In this document: piece after piece, positions 23,881 through 36,275 of the stretch
How positions within the stretch are numbered: the stretch's first letter is position 1
How the letters are laid out: each line of letters starts with the position of its first letter
From: Podarcis tiliguerta
Lineage: Eukaryota
Direction: 5' to 3' (one strand)
DNA length: 64,000 nt
Assembly (NCBI GenBank): GCA_965153285.1
Contig: OZ229111.1
Program-made: the position numbers and the translations under genes
The notes under the pieces: model-generated
What the model saw: the letters and a program-made list of their open reading frames with translations, nothing else
Told to the model about the DNA's origin: nothing
The model's database searches: none

Positions 23881-26800
23881 GTCTCTGTATGTGAACTTAA
23901 AAGGATTGCAGCCCAAAACTCTTTTATATACTTAGTTTCCACTGCAGAAGTAATCCCCATTAAACTGAGTAAACATGCATAGGATTGCCTTGCCCTTAAG
24001 CAGAGGTGCCACCGTCTCTAGTTGATTCAGGGGGCTCGACGCAATGTCCTGACCCCTCAAAAAATACAGGAGGGGACTCCTAGGAGCTTGTGCCTATGCC
24101 TTTAGGGGATCCCTGACATTTTATAAATCTGTTCACAGGTACTTTTTTTACTTTATCTTGTTTTCTGAACCAGAATCAAAGGTCCCCCTATATTGCTGAG
24201 TGAATTGGGTGTATTTCTAGGTTTCAAATCAGTTTTAGTAGATTCGGAACTATGATACAGAATCTCTCAGCTGATGACAGCTCAATGTCTCCAAGTCTTT
24301 TCTCTGTTGAAGTGAACTTTACAGACCCTGGGGAGATACTGCCATTTAAATCACCAAACATTGGTCTGATTTGTAATTTGGTACAGCAATTTTATATCCT
24401 TATTACACTCTGTTAAGAAAGACCTAGAAGTCTAGAAGAAAATGAATTTGCCATGGGTTGCCCAAAGAGCAGAATTAACATGGTTCTACTGCCCAAATTT
24501 AATTTTTTTATTTCAGGCTGTCCCTATTCAGTTAGATTTGTCAAAGCGGAAAGAAAGGCAGCAGGCATGGAGTATTATAAATGGACTGAGTTTAAAAATA
24601 CTGTGTTGTATTCAGCACTGTGCACAGTGGGACTTCTATTTCCTCTTTTCTCCCGGTGCTCTCAATCTGCTCCAGAGCTGGTTTTATGGTGGCATGACCA
24701 GTTCAGCCACACTGGGTGCCGTGCTGCAGGGGACACCACAACAGTGCTGTAGAACAGAGCACAAGAGGCAGGAAGGCACTAAATTTTAGCATGTCACAAA
24801 TTTTAGCGTCCACCACTGGTACCTCCCAACCCTCTGGAGCAGATTTTGAGGAGAGAGAAGAGAGGAGAAGGAAGTTCCATTGCACAAATGGAAGTCTGCT
24901 GAGCAAATGGAACAGAAGCTTCGGATACAACCCACTGTCCTCTACAGACCCATTAGCTGGCTAACCATGCACAGCACATATTAATAACAAGCATGATCAT
25001 TTCACTAAATCTGTCCAGAAGCACTGAATAGGCATGGGGAGGTCTTGGCTGATCAGGGCTTACTTCTTAATTTATTTTGGATAACATTAAGATTGCATAT
25101 CAAGCAATATTTCAAACCACCCACGCTAAGAGTTTACAAGTTGAAGTGTATGATTCTTATGAATAAGGCTCTCGTGAATGTTTTGCCCACTGTACCATTC
25201 TGGAATTACAAGCCATTTTGTGTAATAAAAGCTTCTTTTACAACTCTGCAGAAAATTGCCCATGGAGAGTTTGCTTCAAACCCTTCAGCTTCTTAATACA
25301 AAGATGCTAGAACACAGAGTTCGGTGGGACCTATATTTTCAATGCCGGCAATGGTTTCCAAGTAATAATCTTAATTCTAAATTAAAGAGATCATTAACTG
25401 CCCTTTTGAGTCATGGGTTTCTGCTAACTTGGGAGTTTCTAGATGCACAATTTCTGCAATTAACAAAGCAGTCTCAAGGCCTTTTCAGGTCAATAAGATG
25501 CACCACACAAAAGCATGCGGAAAGGAGCGCAAAGTTCTGCGACTGCGAAAGCAATCCTAACTCCAACCAAGACCAGCAGGGCTGAAATGAGCAGGGGAGT
25601 GACCACCATAGTCAAAGCCTTGCCACCTGCACTGGGTCAGAGCAGACGATGTGGGAGGCACTGATGGGGGGGGTATTGTTGTTGTTTTTTGTTACTATGT
25701 TATGCATTTTTGTGCTTTTATATTGTGAACTGCTTTGTGATCCTTGGATGAAGGGTGGTATATAAAATTAATAAAGAAAAAAATAAAGAAAAAATGAGGC
25801 TTTCTGCTATGGAAGCTCCAAGCTGGCATGGCAGAGAGACCCGGATTGGGTTCATCACCAGTAGCTGGAGTGACTGAGGATCCAACTCATCTTTGGCCAA
25901 CCCACCTCTACCCTACCCCTGAAATCCCCCCATTTTGGGAGCTTATGCTGGCTATAGCCAACAGGAATGCCACCAGCAGTAACCTCCAGTTACCTGTGCT
26001 TTTTTGCAAGCATAATGGGGAACTCTGTGGTGACAAAGCCCAATGGAGATACACCACACCTAACCCTACCTTTTCCTGCTTTTTCTATATGATTCTATAT
26101 GTGCCACTGCAGTTTTGTCAAGAATGCAATTTAAAGTTTTTTTTAAAAAGACTACTGTACTACTTAAAAAAAAAACACCCTCAAAAAATGCCCCCTGAAA
26201 CCTTTCAGAAGAAGCTTGTGTCACTAAACACATGCACACACACAGTTTTGGAGAGCCCCCAACCCCCCCCAAAAAAAAGCCATTGAGGGGAATAAACTTT
26301 TTGGTGCTTTGCCGTTTTAAGAACCAGCACTTTGATTGCATTCAAAAATTAACCAGGAGGCAGCATAGTTGTTGCAAGACCAGCAAGATGTGTTCTATAG
26401 TATATTGGCATCTCCAGCTTGCCATACCATGGGATGCTTGAGTCAACTCTCAGGCATTGTGCTTTCAGTTCTTTTTGGTGAATAGGATTCTGCTGTATGG
26501 CTTTTTTCTTCTATAGTCCTCTGGTTATTAATGTTCTTTTAAGCCTCTCACCTTCTGCGTGGCCTTCTCTTAATGAAGTCATTCCTCTCAACAATTATTT
26601 AGTTGAATATCACCCATAGCGTGGGACTGCTTCCTAGGTTTTCCATATTAGAATAAAGTTGTGAATGCTGTGTCAAATTCCAGGCTGTGCGTTACCAGTT
26701 AACCTAACTCATATTCTTTTACATGGCAATGACTGTATGCCACATATTTTAGAAACCTTATCTGCTTCATGCTGATAGCTGCTAAATTTATGCTACCTAG

Positions 26801-27508
26801 GAAATGGCAGGTTGTATGTTTTCCCCTAACAGAACAAATAGCAGCTTTGGTGGTAGTGAACAATTTGCTATCCGAAAAACATTGCTGGGGAAAGGGTGAA
26901 ACTCCGCCGCATCCAGTTAAAATGCCACGCACAACTCTCTCTTTCCCTTCACTGTTACAAAAATAAAAGCATTTTTTCTGTACGGGGAGTAATTTTGATC
27001 AGGGAAGGACTGTGCATCGGGAAGGAGGGGAGGAAGCATGGCCCTGATTCAGTTGGGCTTCCTGGAATTGGTTTGTTTTGGTTGGTTGGTTGGTTGGATG
27101 GATGGATGATTTTGTCTAAAAGGACATGTCAAATGGTCTATCTCTTTATTTTTAGCATTTAAATCCTACCAAAGGAACATGGTTGAGTAAATGAAAGTCC
27201 ACCAGACTATGTTTTTGTTGTTGCATGATTTGCTGCTGATCGTCATACAAAAATGAAACACAGTCCACATACCACCCTAGTTTCTGCACACACTGCTTTT
27301 AGGTTTTCCCATGCAAAAGCTTTGCTTCATTGAAGGGGCTATAAAAAAAACAATGTTGGGTGGATGCAAATCTTACACAGTTCCTCGTCCCAACCTTTCC
27401 TCGGCATGCATTCATTATCAGATCCTTCTCCTTTTTGATTGTGCTTAATTTGCAGCATTGGACTGTTGTGTTTCCCTAGACACTTTGCCGGTTACATCTG
27501 CTGCTCAT

Positions 27509-27686
27509 TGAATTGTAGAACTGTAGAGTTGGAAGGGACCACGGGAGTCATCTAGTCTACCTCCTGCAATGCAGGAATCTCAGCTAGATCATACATGACA
27601 AATGGTCATTCAACCTCTGCTTAAAAACTTACAAGGAGAGTCCACCACCTCGCGTGGGAGCCTGTTCCACTGTTGAACAGCTCTTA
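27509..27686 (-). mobile_element. CR1 3'UTR fragment
   Basis: Aligns by eye with 5401-5585 (tagaactgtagagttg...tgcaatgcaggaatctcagcta...tgttccactgt...acagctctta). Confidence 0.85.
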
Positions 27687-30365
27687 TTTTTAAGCTAAAC
27701 TTTTAAAACCAGTCCCTTCTCAATGTGTTTGTCCTTCCCAATCTTTTGGAGCACACTGCACCTTTATTTATTGGGGGGAGAGTGAAATTGCACAAATTCA
27801 TTATTTCAAGGGAAATGAATCACTGTTATTTCAGTTGCTTAAAACCTGAAGCCTGCAATGCCACGAGGAAGGAAACACATATGAATGCGAAGAATGCAAA
27901 GGTAAGTAGCATTACTGCCACAAATAACGAAAAGTATAAAGTAATGAAATATGGCACACACAGTCATAGCCTGAGTAACTGAAGCTGTGAGGGTGCGCTT
28001 TGCTGATGAGCGTACTGCTGGGCTTGGATGCTCTAAGCTATGCGGCACTGATAGGCATGTCTTTAATCAAGGAAATTAGGGCAGAATGTATTGGTTGCAA
28101 AGCTAGCTCATCATTTGGGACCTATCTGCCAGCATTTGCAAATGACTGCTGCCTTGAGCTTTCCTGGCTGATGTTCATAGTTCCTGAATACATGCTAGCA
28201 CCAGGGGATAGGACATCTCATTGGCATGGTTTGTGTTGGAAATTCTGGGGCAAGTAATCTTGGGTGAGAGAACCCCAGTAGAAATTAAACATGGCAAAGC
28301 ATGCCTCAAAGAGAAGCGTGGAAATAGAGGCTGTAAAGCCTTTAAAATGGACCTTTTCCAGTGAATCCTAATATAGCCCATTTCCCTAGTACAAAGAGAG
28401 ACCACACATTTACTAACTCATAAAATTGTTTACTTACAAAACTCTTCACAGGTCAGATTCATGTGCTTTTCCATACAGCAGTCAGAAGAGGTTGCACAGG
28501 CAGTAAAACATTGCTTTGTTACAAAACAGGGGAAATTCCTAAACTATTGGTATAGGAATTGGTATAGGAACTAATTTCAGACTCCATTCTTGTCTGAAAG
28601 AAAAGAGACTGATTAAAGCCATGTGGCTGAGCCAGAGCAGGTTAGGAATCCTCATACACTAAATTCTCATTAGAGTGGTGACAACAAAAGTATTGGTTGT
28701 CCAAGGTGAGGGATAGTGACATAGGCTAAGCCTGGCAGGACAGGGCCAGCTTAGCCTAGTGGTTCCTTCGCCAAACTACAGCTTGCTCTATGGCATTGAC
28801 CCTTTCATGCATTAATTAGATTCAAATACAGTGGTATATGAGGCTGGTTACCCTACAGTTTGAAATTGAGTTGGGAAGGGAGATAGAGTATTGTGCTGCT
28901 TCCAGGACTACAAAACTCTTGGCTTCACCTTGCATTGCATTTGTCAGAAGTGTATTTGCCTTTTGTCCTGAATTGCTGTGGCCTGTGTAGATTTTGTACA
29001 GGAGAGACATGGGAATTATTAGTTCTCCTCAGGCACAGTGTGATAAAAATGAGGAATAAAAAGTCTGCCATTGAACTGAGGGTACTTCCCTGGGTGAGCG
29101 TAGAGCACACAGTCTATACAACCCTTCCACCCTAAGCTTTTAATGTGCTTGAGGCTACAGTGACCTAGTGAAGACTGCAGCTGCAGGGTCAAATTGTGTA
29201 ATACAGCGCTGTAGTTTACTTTCAAATTCACTTTGTAACAAATGGCTTTCCTGTCAGATAAACCATATAAGCTGACCTCATTCCTGAGCCCACCGCCACC
29301 AGTTCTGAGGAAGAACTCTTTCCATCCCTTCAAATGAACCTAAGCATTATCAATCCGTTGTAGATTCCAGTTACCTCAGAAGGTTATTTCAGGTAGTTTT
29401 GTAGGGGCAACTGGAAGGTGAAGCCCCTTCGGAGCTAGTGGTTGGATGGCAGGAGATGTGCTTATTAACAATGGTTTCAGGCAATGAGAAGGTGAGCTGG
29501 CTGATTTATTTTCTACTGACAAGAAAGTCCCTGTTGTTTTCTGTGGTTGGAAGGGCTAGTGTAAGAGAAAATAAAGAAGTGGTGTCCATGACATACCGGG
29601 ATTAGACACAGCCTGGAGCAGGTATCCCCACTGGCTTATTTTTATTTATTTATGTTCTGCTGTTTCATAAACGGGTCGAGCACAAAATACATAGGAAGCA
29701 GGAGAGAGAAAACAACAGAGAATAAACTCTCAGGATGTTGGAAATACCAGTTATTTCATTTTGGTGAGTTTTCATGCTTCCTTTCTCCGACCATCTCACT
29801 GCTGATGGCATGTCCTTCCAACTCCCAGGCAAAGCTAACCTGGAGACACACCAAAAAGCAATAACTGGGTAAAACCCAACAGCAGAGTTCATTTCCCAGC
29901 TTCAGCTAGAAAGCCTGAACACACATCCTACAGTTTTCTGTGTCTGCCATGAATACAGGAGGAAGATATGGGCAGATTGTGGACAGGTGCCTAGAGCGGT
30001 TATGGCACACTGAATGCACATGTTCTGAATTAATATAAATTCCTGTGAGAAAATGCCCTCAGCTGCCTTGTGCCGAGTCATAATTCTTTGTGGGGTTCTG
30101 ATCGTATTACGTATGCCATAGCCAAATTCCAGGACATATTGCGGCGGATTGGAAAAGGAAATGCTATCCAGTCACTACCAAAGCAGCACTATGTGGTTAG
30201 ATGACTAACAACCCAATTCTACCCTTGTTTACTTAGAAGTAGGGTTAGATGGGTCAGACTATTTCTATAGTGTGCCAGTTTCACATACATCCAAGTAATG
30301 GAATAATGGAATGCTGACAATCTCCAGAAAGCCAGCACTGTAGCTGTTAAGGGTACATAATTAAG

Positions 30366-30493
30366 TAGTGTTCGTCAACCTTGGGGGCGGAAGATGTTGC
30401 TGGACTGCAGCTCCCATTATCCCTGATGACTGGCTAGGCGGACCAGGGATGATAGTCCAACAACATCTGGGAACCCAATTTTGAAGAACACTG
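30366..30493. mobile_element. hAT-like MITE (family A relative)
   Basis: TIRs tagtgttcgtcaa / ttgaagaacactg with the same internal palindrome. Confidence 0.65.
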
Positions 30494-30773
30494 GTCTAAG
30501 GCATGTCATGTACTGTTTCTCTCACTGGGACAATAACAGAGGTAGAATATGAACTATTGTGCCACAAAAATGAACCTAAGGAGAGAAAAACAGCAAGGGA
30601 ATAGAAGGTGCTACAGAAGTAAAAGTTTCCCTCTGGAATGTGCCAGAAGAGGGGTTATTATGACATAATTACAAGTTTGATTAGAAATTGTGGTGCCAGA
30701 GGTTTTTCTCTCTCTAAAGGCTTAATATTATCTTTCTCCAGAGATGACATGTAAGCTATTCTTATTTCAGTTA

Positions 30774-30986
30774 AGGTCTGTTCTTAACCTGAAACTGTTC
30801 TTAACCTGAAGCACCACTTTAGCTAATGGGGCCTCCCACTGCTGCTGTGCCGCTAGAGCACAATTTCTGTTCTCATCCTGAAGCAAAGTTCTTAACCTGA
30901 GGTAATATTTCTGGGTTAGCGGAGTCTGTAACCTGAAGCGTATGTAACCTGTAGCGTATGTAACCGAATAACCCGAGGTACCACTG
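30774..30986. mobile_element. Left-truncated copy of the Tigger-like MITE
   Basis: Highly similar to 8211-8415; right TIR and TA intact, left TIR absent. Confidence 0.88.
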
Positions 30987-33037
30987 TATTGGAGGTTTAC
31001 ATTCATAGTCCTCAATTTGGTGAATAGCAGGTTCCTTATAATGTTTCCACACATTTTTCTGAGGAGGAGGAGGAGGAGGAAAAAGACTACAGGTACAGTA
31101 GTTGATTGCAAGCACATGTTTCATTAGGTCAAACCCATGTCAAAGACAGAAGGCTGAATTTCCTGAGGTGATTTCTGCATTTGGAGGGGGCACTCTGAGA
31201 GCTATGCCGCAGCAAACTCCTATTGAAAAAAAATTGTACACAGATGTTGCTATTCATTGATCTTAGGTTTAGTTGAGGGGCAGGAAGATGTACAAATAGT
31301 GATCTCTGGAAAAACCTATAAGTTTACATGTGAGCAGAAAAATCACTTTCTTAGAGCAGTATAAAATCAGCTTAAATGAAATCAGTACAAGCTCCAGTAG
31401 CAAGGCCAGGTCTTTTTGCTGATTTTACACAGAGACAAAGTTGTTGAACACTGTCATATAACATTTATTTGAGATGGACAAAGCTGTGCATGGAGTAATT
31501 GAGGTTAGACATCTGCTTGTAAAGTTCAAATTACCATAGATTATTTTTGAGGATGAGGTTACTTTTCTTTCACCATGTTCTGAATGCATACCCTGACAGC
31601 TAGAAGTGACCTTAATTTTACTTTCAGATTGAGGGAAAGTTTCTATTTTTTGAGGCTCTACATCATTATAAGGGAGCAAGACTTTTGAGAAGACTTTATC
31701 TGCTTTGGGGTAAGAGAAAACTCCACAGGAATCCTAGGTATCAAGTGACTGAAAGGAGAACATAGAGTTGGAAGGACATCCTTGGGTTTAGTGGTTTTTG
31801 TTTCCTCTCCAAATATAGCCCTTATATGAGCCAGAGTGAGCCATTTGTCTGAGGTGGCACATCAGGAGGGGCAATTCAACTACACCCACACCCTGGCCTG
31901 TCATGTAGGGCATATTATTTTAGGGAGTGAAGCTTAATTTTTGCAAATTTCTTCAGATAGGGGTCTATAAAGGCAGCAGTGGTGATGGCAGCTGTGGTAT
32001 GCAGGTGAACATACCGCCTTTGAGGTTCTACATAGCAACATTATATATTTTTAATGTGCTGTATTCTGCTTTTTTATTAGAAGTAGAAGGCGTACTTTGT
32101 TCGTTAACTTCCATCATTTCCATTTTGGGCATCAGCTATTTGCTCTTCATTTTCATCATCACAGAAGATTTATTTCATTTGATTAGAATCAAGCATCCTG
32201 CTTGCTTCTCTGCTTATATTCAGCAAGCCTTCTTTTCTTATCTTCCTGCCACTTCCAAATCTGGCAAGCCGATCTGATGTCCTATCATTTTTAATGATTT
32301 TGATGTAATTTTGCACACATTTCCCCCCCTCAAAAAAATAATCAGACAAGTTTAAAATTATTAGAAATTCCACTAAAATGTTAAAACATCAATATTTTTA
32401 AGTACTTATTTACCAAGCAACATTAAATTGTATTAAATTAACCCAAACATATATTGGATTCTCAAGTTATCTTAAAACTTTTTAGCACCCCTCATTTTTG
32501 GAGTTGGAAAGTTGGAAAATTCAACATGCCCTGCCGCTTTAGGAGTGCCTTTGCTGCATCAACAGAGCACTTTGCAGGATCCTTCCTCAGAGTGAGGTAG
32601 GTGGACAAGGTGGCTCTGAAGAGCACCTGTGCTGCTGTCACTTTGCCACCCCTGGCAAAATTTGTGAATGGGCAAATTTAAAATTTTTTAGTTTAACAGT
32701 TTACCAATGTTTGACTTGAATCAAAATTTGACAGTACAGCAGCAAACCAGTATACAATTTCATGTGTTCTTTGGGGCCTGTCCACAGAGCCAAACTCTGC
32801 AAAGAACCTAAGTCGCAATGTAAGATTCTTCTTCAGAGTGAGGTGGAGGCCACACAACATTTCTCCCATCCCAGAGAAGGAACTGTGACAGCAGGGACAC
32901 CTTCTGAATCAAAGTAAAACACACGTTCATTTAGTTATGCGCTGTTTGTGAAATTGCCTTGCTTAAGTATCTACTTTATGTTTGCAAGGGAGAAGGATGG
33001 GGGGGGGGCATAACTTTACCATGTACTTGTGACCTCA

Positions 33038-33176
33038 CAGACCCTCCAAGTGTTCCTATTTCCCAGAGACCGTCCCAGATTTACAGAAGCCATCCCGGTT
33101 TCTGATTTTATCCCGGAATGTCCAGCTTTTCCTTAGGACGTCCCTATTTTCATCGTGGAAATGTTGGCGGGTATGA
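33038..33176. mobile_element. Small non-autonomous DNA element (repeated at +4784)
   Basis: Imperfect TIRs cagaccctccaa / ttggcgggtatg; internal gtccc sub-repeats. Confidence 0.55.
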
Positions 33177-34849
33177 CCATCTGATGTGACCCTACCAGCC
33201 TCATCAGCTCTAGCGAGCACCAGCTGCCTCCCTGCTATGATCGTAGAAGTCCAGCTGTGATTCTGATGCAGAATTGATTTTCAGGCATAGCTGCATACTA
33301 CTATCTGTAGTATATTGGCCCTTCTGGTTTGCCATACCAAAACTGTGCTTTGTTTTGATCCTGTCTTTGAAGCTGCATTGTTTCTGCTTGAAAAAACTTG
33401 TTTTTAATTTTCTTGTTAGTTATACGCCTTCTTTGTGGCCTCTTAACGGAGCAGTTTACTGTTGTGATCTTTACTCTGCATATATTGTACTGAACATGTA
33501 TTGCAGTGAAGACTGAATAGTAAAGAAAAAGCAACATTTTACAAGCCATTTTGCTAAGGAAAAAGAGGGGAACTCCTGAAAGTCTTCATAATATGACTAG
33601 TTAGAAAAGGCTGTCTTTTAAAAAAATATTCTGTTAACAGCATTTCTGCTCTGGTTAGATAACTCTATCCTTCTACAAAATACATTTCTGCAAAACATGC
33701 CCTGCTATTAAAGGTACTGTAGTTACTTACTGCAGTAAGTGGGGCAGTTTGAGTACTTTGTTTTTTTTCAACTGGAGCAAAATAGAATTACAGTCGGATA
33801 TGGATATGGAAGCCATATCATTATTAGAATCAATTTAACCATAAATTCTTAGTTTGTTTCAACTGACAGTAATGAAGGGGTCTTTTTCTTTCACAGACTG
33901 TGAATTAAGCTCAGACAGTTCTAATATATCATTTTCTGGTAGGAAATACAGAGCTGCAAGTGCTGCACTGGGTGACATTTCAAGAAGAAAACTGCATGAA
34001 AAATTAGTGTGGGATACTAGATTAAAGAGAAGATTAGTATTTCTACTGTGAGAGCCTTCAGTATTTGCTTCTCAAATAATATGGCCTCCAGGATGAAAAT
34101 AACTATATGCCAACTCCCTCAGTGCCATTGAGATTGTAAATAAGATATTTTTCCATTCAAAGCACATGTTTTAATAAGGCAATTTGAAACTGCTTTATAG
34201 GGCAGCTCTCCTACCACATGAGAGAGAGAGAATGAGTGTATGTGTGTGTGTGTAGTATACATTAAGTGGATATGTGTGTGTCAAGGTTTATTTGCTTTAG
34301 ATGAAAAATTTGTTTAATATCTTACATGTTTTAAAGACACGTGCGAAAAAGTAAACCAACGTATTAATTAGGCCCACCTTGCTTCTTCCTCCCCACTCTC
34401 AGTGAAGAAAAGAGTACGATTTGAAAACAGAGGCGCCGAATGTACTTTTGATACTCATGAAAAGTCCTTTAATAAAAACATAAACCAAAAAAAAAACCCC
34501 AGGGAATTGCACAGAGAGTTGGTTAAGGGTCTGTTTCTAAATTATAGCTTGCATTTCTTGCAGGAAAATCATGAAACCAAAAAAAAAGAAAGATTGATTT
34601 TTGGCAGTGGTGTTTTCTTGAGCCATCTTAATTGTAAAAGGTGCACATGTAACATTGGTGAGAGGATCAGAACATGCTCATGACTATAGTTTTCCCAAAG
34701 ACTAGGCAACAAAGCTGAGGATGTGCATAGTGAGTGGCTGGGTAGGGGGACATAGCAAGTGCCCAAAGCAGTTGCTTCTGTCAGGGGCATAGCATGTTCA
34801 GTGCTGCCCGGCGCATTAAGTTAAATGAAAAGTGATGAACATTTGGGCA

Positions 34850-35200
34850 TAAAATATAAACTGATTGGGTCTGAGCTGGTTTGACTGACCGGGAAAGAGA
34901 TCTTGGGACGTGGTGAATAACATTATGAAAAAGTTGACCTATTTGTGGCAGCTGTAAAAAAAAAAAAGGGGGGGGGAGGCAGCAACATCCATGTTAGGGA
35001 TTATTAGAAAAAGGGATTAAAAATAAAACAGCCAATATCATGAAGTATTTATTTAAAAAATCTATGGCATGACTATACTTTGTGTACTTACTGTTTTGGT
35101 TGCTGTATTTCAAAAGGATATTGTAGAACCAGGAAAAGTGCCGAAAATGGCAGCATAGATGCTTAGAGAGCTGGAGCAACTGTTACAAGGAAAGGTTCCA
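34850..35200 (+). mobile_element. Degraded CR1 internal fragment (repeated at +4784)
   Basis: gaaagagatcttggg (ERDLG) and atgttagggattattagaaaa (MLGIIRK) remnants. Confidence 0.6.
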
Positions 35201-35404
35201 ACATTTATTTCTGGGTTTTTTTAATTTAGAAAAATTGGCAAGTTAAGGGGATCAGGAACAAAATAGAAGCGTATACAATTATGCATGTAGTTTCCTCCTC
35301 ACAGGGCTACATTTTCCCATCACTCTTAACTACAGTTCCCAGAATTCTTTGAAGGTGGTCATGTGCTTTAAATACATGGTCTGCATCAGCCCTACCACCA
35401 CCAT

Positions 35405-35776
35405 CCTGGTTGGGGACACAAGAAAGGGCCTTCTTGGTGGCTGCTCCCAGACTCTGCAACTCCCTCTCTGGGGTAGCTGTCCTGGCTCCCTCCTTGTTGT
35501 CCTTCCGCCAGCAGGGAACTGACTGCTTTTAAGGTTCTGTGCTCTGTTTTCAATGGATCTTTTTATAGTATTTTAATTCTATTCGTGTTTAATGAGTGTC
35601 TTTTCTATGCTTTTAGCTTGTTCTATTTTAGCTGCGTAAGCTGCCATAAGTTCCAAACTGGGGGAAAGGTGGATATAAATAAATAAAATGATGATGATAA
35701 CAACAATTGTTGTTAGCCGCCCTGAGCCCAGCTTTGGCTGGGGAGGGCGGGATATAAATAAAATTTATTATTATTA
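35405..35776 (+). mobile_element. L2-type 3' ends (two tails in tandem)
   Basis: agggccttcttggtggctgctcccagactctg...gatataaataaataaa, then gccgccctgagccc...gggcgggatataaataaa(tta)n. Confidence 0.6.
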
Positions 35777-36075
35777 CCCCTGCATGAAGGCTTCTCCATT
35801 CAAAAAACCAAAACACACACACCAGTTTATCTGAAACTGGTATGTCAGAATGCATTTTATCCTGACATGCCAGTTTCTATGTGGGGGGTATGTGTTTGTG
35901 TCTGTAGAACATTATTTTATGCGAGCCTCACCTGCAGCCTGAACTGGCGCTGTCCTCCTCTTCCACCAACCCATTGATATAAGAACTGAAGACCTCAAGG
36001 TGTTTATTTTTTATTTTAATAATGTTTCAAAGTTTCCCTTTAATTGCATTCACAAAGATTCTATGATTCTATGAT

Positions 36076-36275
36076 NNNNNNNNNNNNNNNNNNNNNNNNN
36101 NNNNNNNNNNNNNNNNNNNNNNNNNNNNNNNNNNNNNNNNNNNNNNNNNNNNNNNNNNNNNNNNNNNNNNNNNNNNNNNNNNNNNNNNNNNNNNNNNNNN
36201 NNNNNNNNNNNNNNNNNNNNNNNNNNNNNNNNNNNNNNNNNNNNNNNNNNNNNNNNNNNNNNNNNNNNNNNNNNN
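36076..36275. other. Assembly gap (200 N)
   Basis: Seen directly; the round length suggests a placeholder size. Confidence 0.99.

Larger units (their letters stand above)
31492..35393 (+). repeat. 3,902-bp duplicated segment, copy 1
   Basis: Same sequence as 36276-40177 at constant offset 4784; the ORF track gives identical peptides for both copies. Confidence 0.95.

Noticed and set aside
24611-24631. REST/RE1-like site TTCAGCACTGTGCACAG
   Set aside because: The left half matches, but the GGACAG core is broken (GCACAG) and the following bases fit poorly.
28722-28758. Small hairpin taggctaagcctggc / gccagcttagccta
   Set aside because: Too short for a pre-miRNA; probably a MITE remnant.
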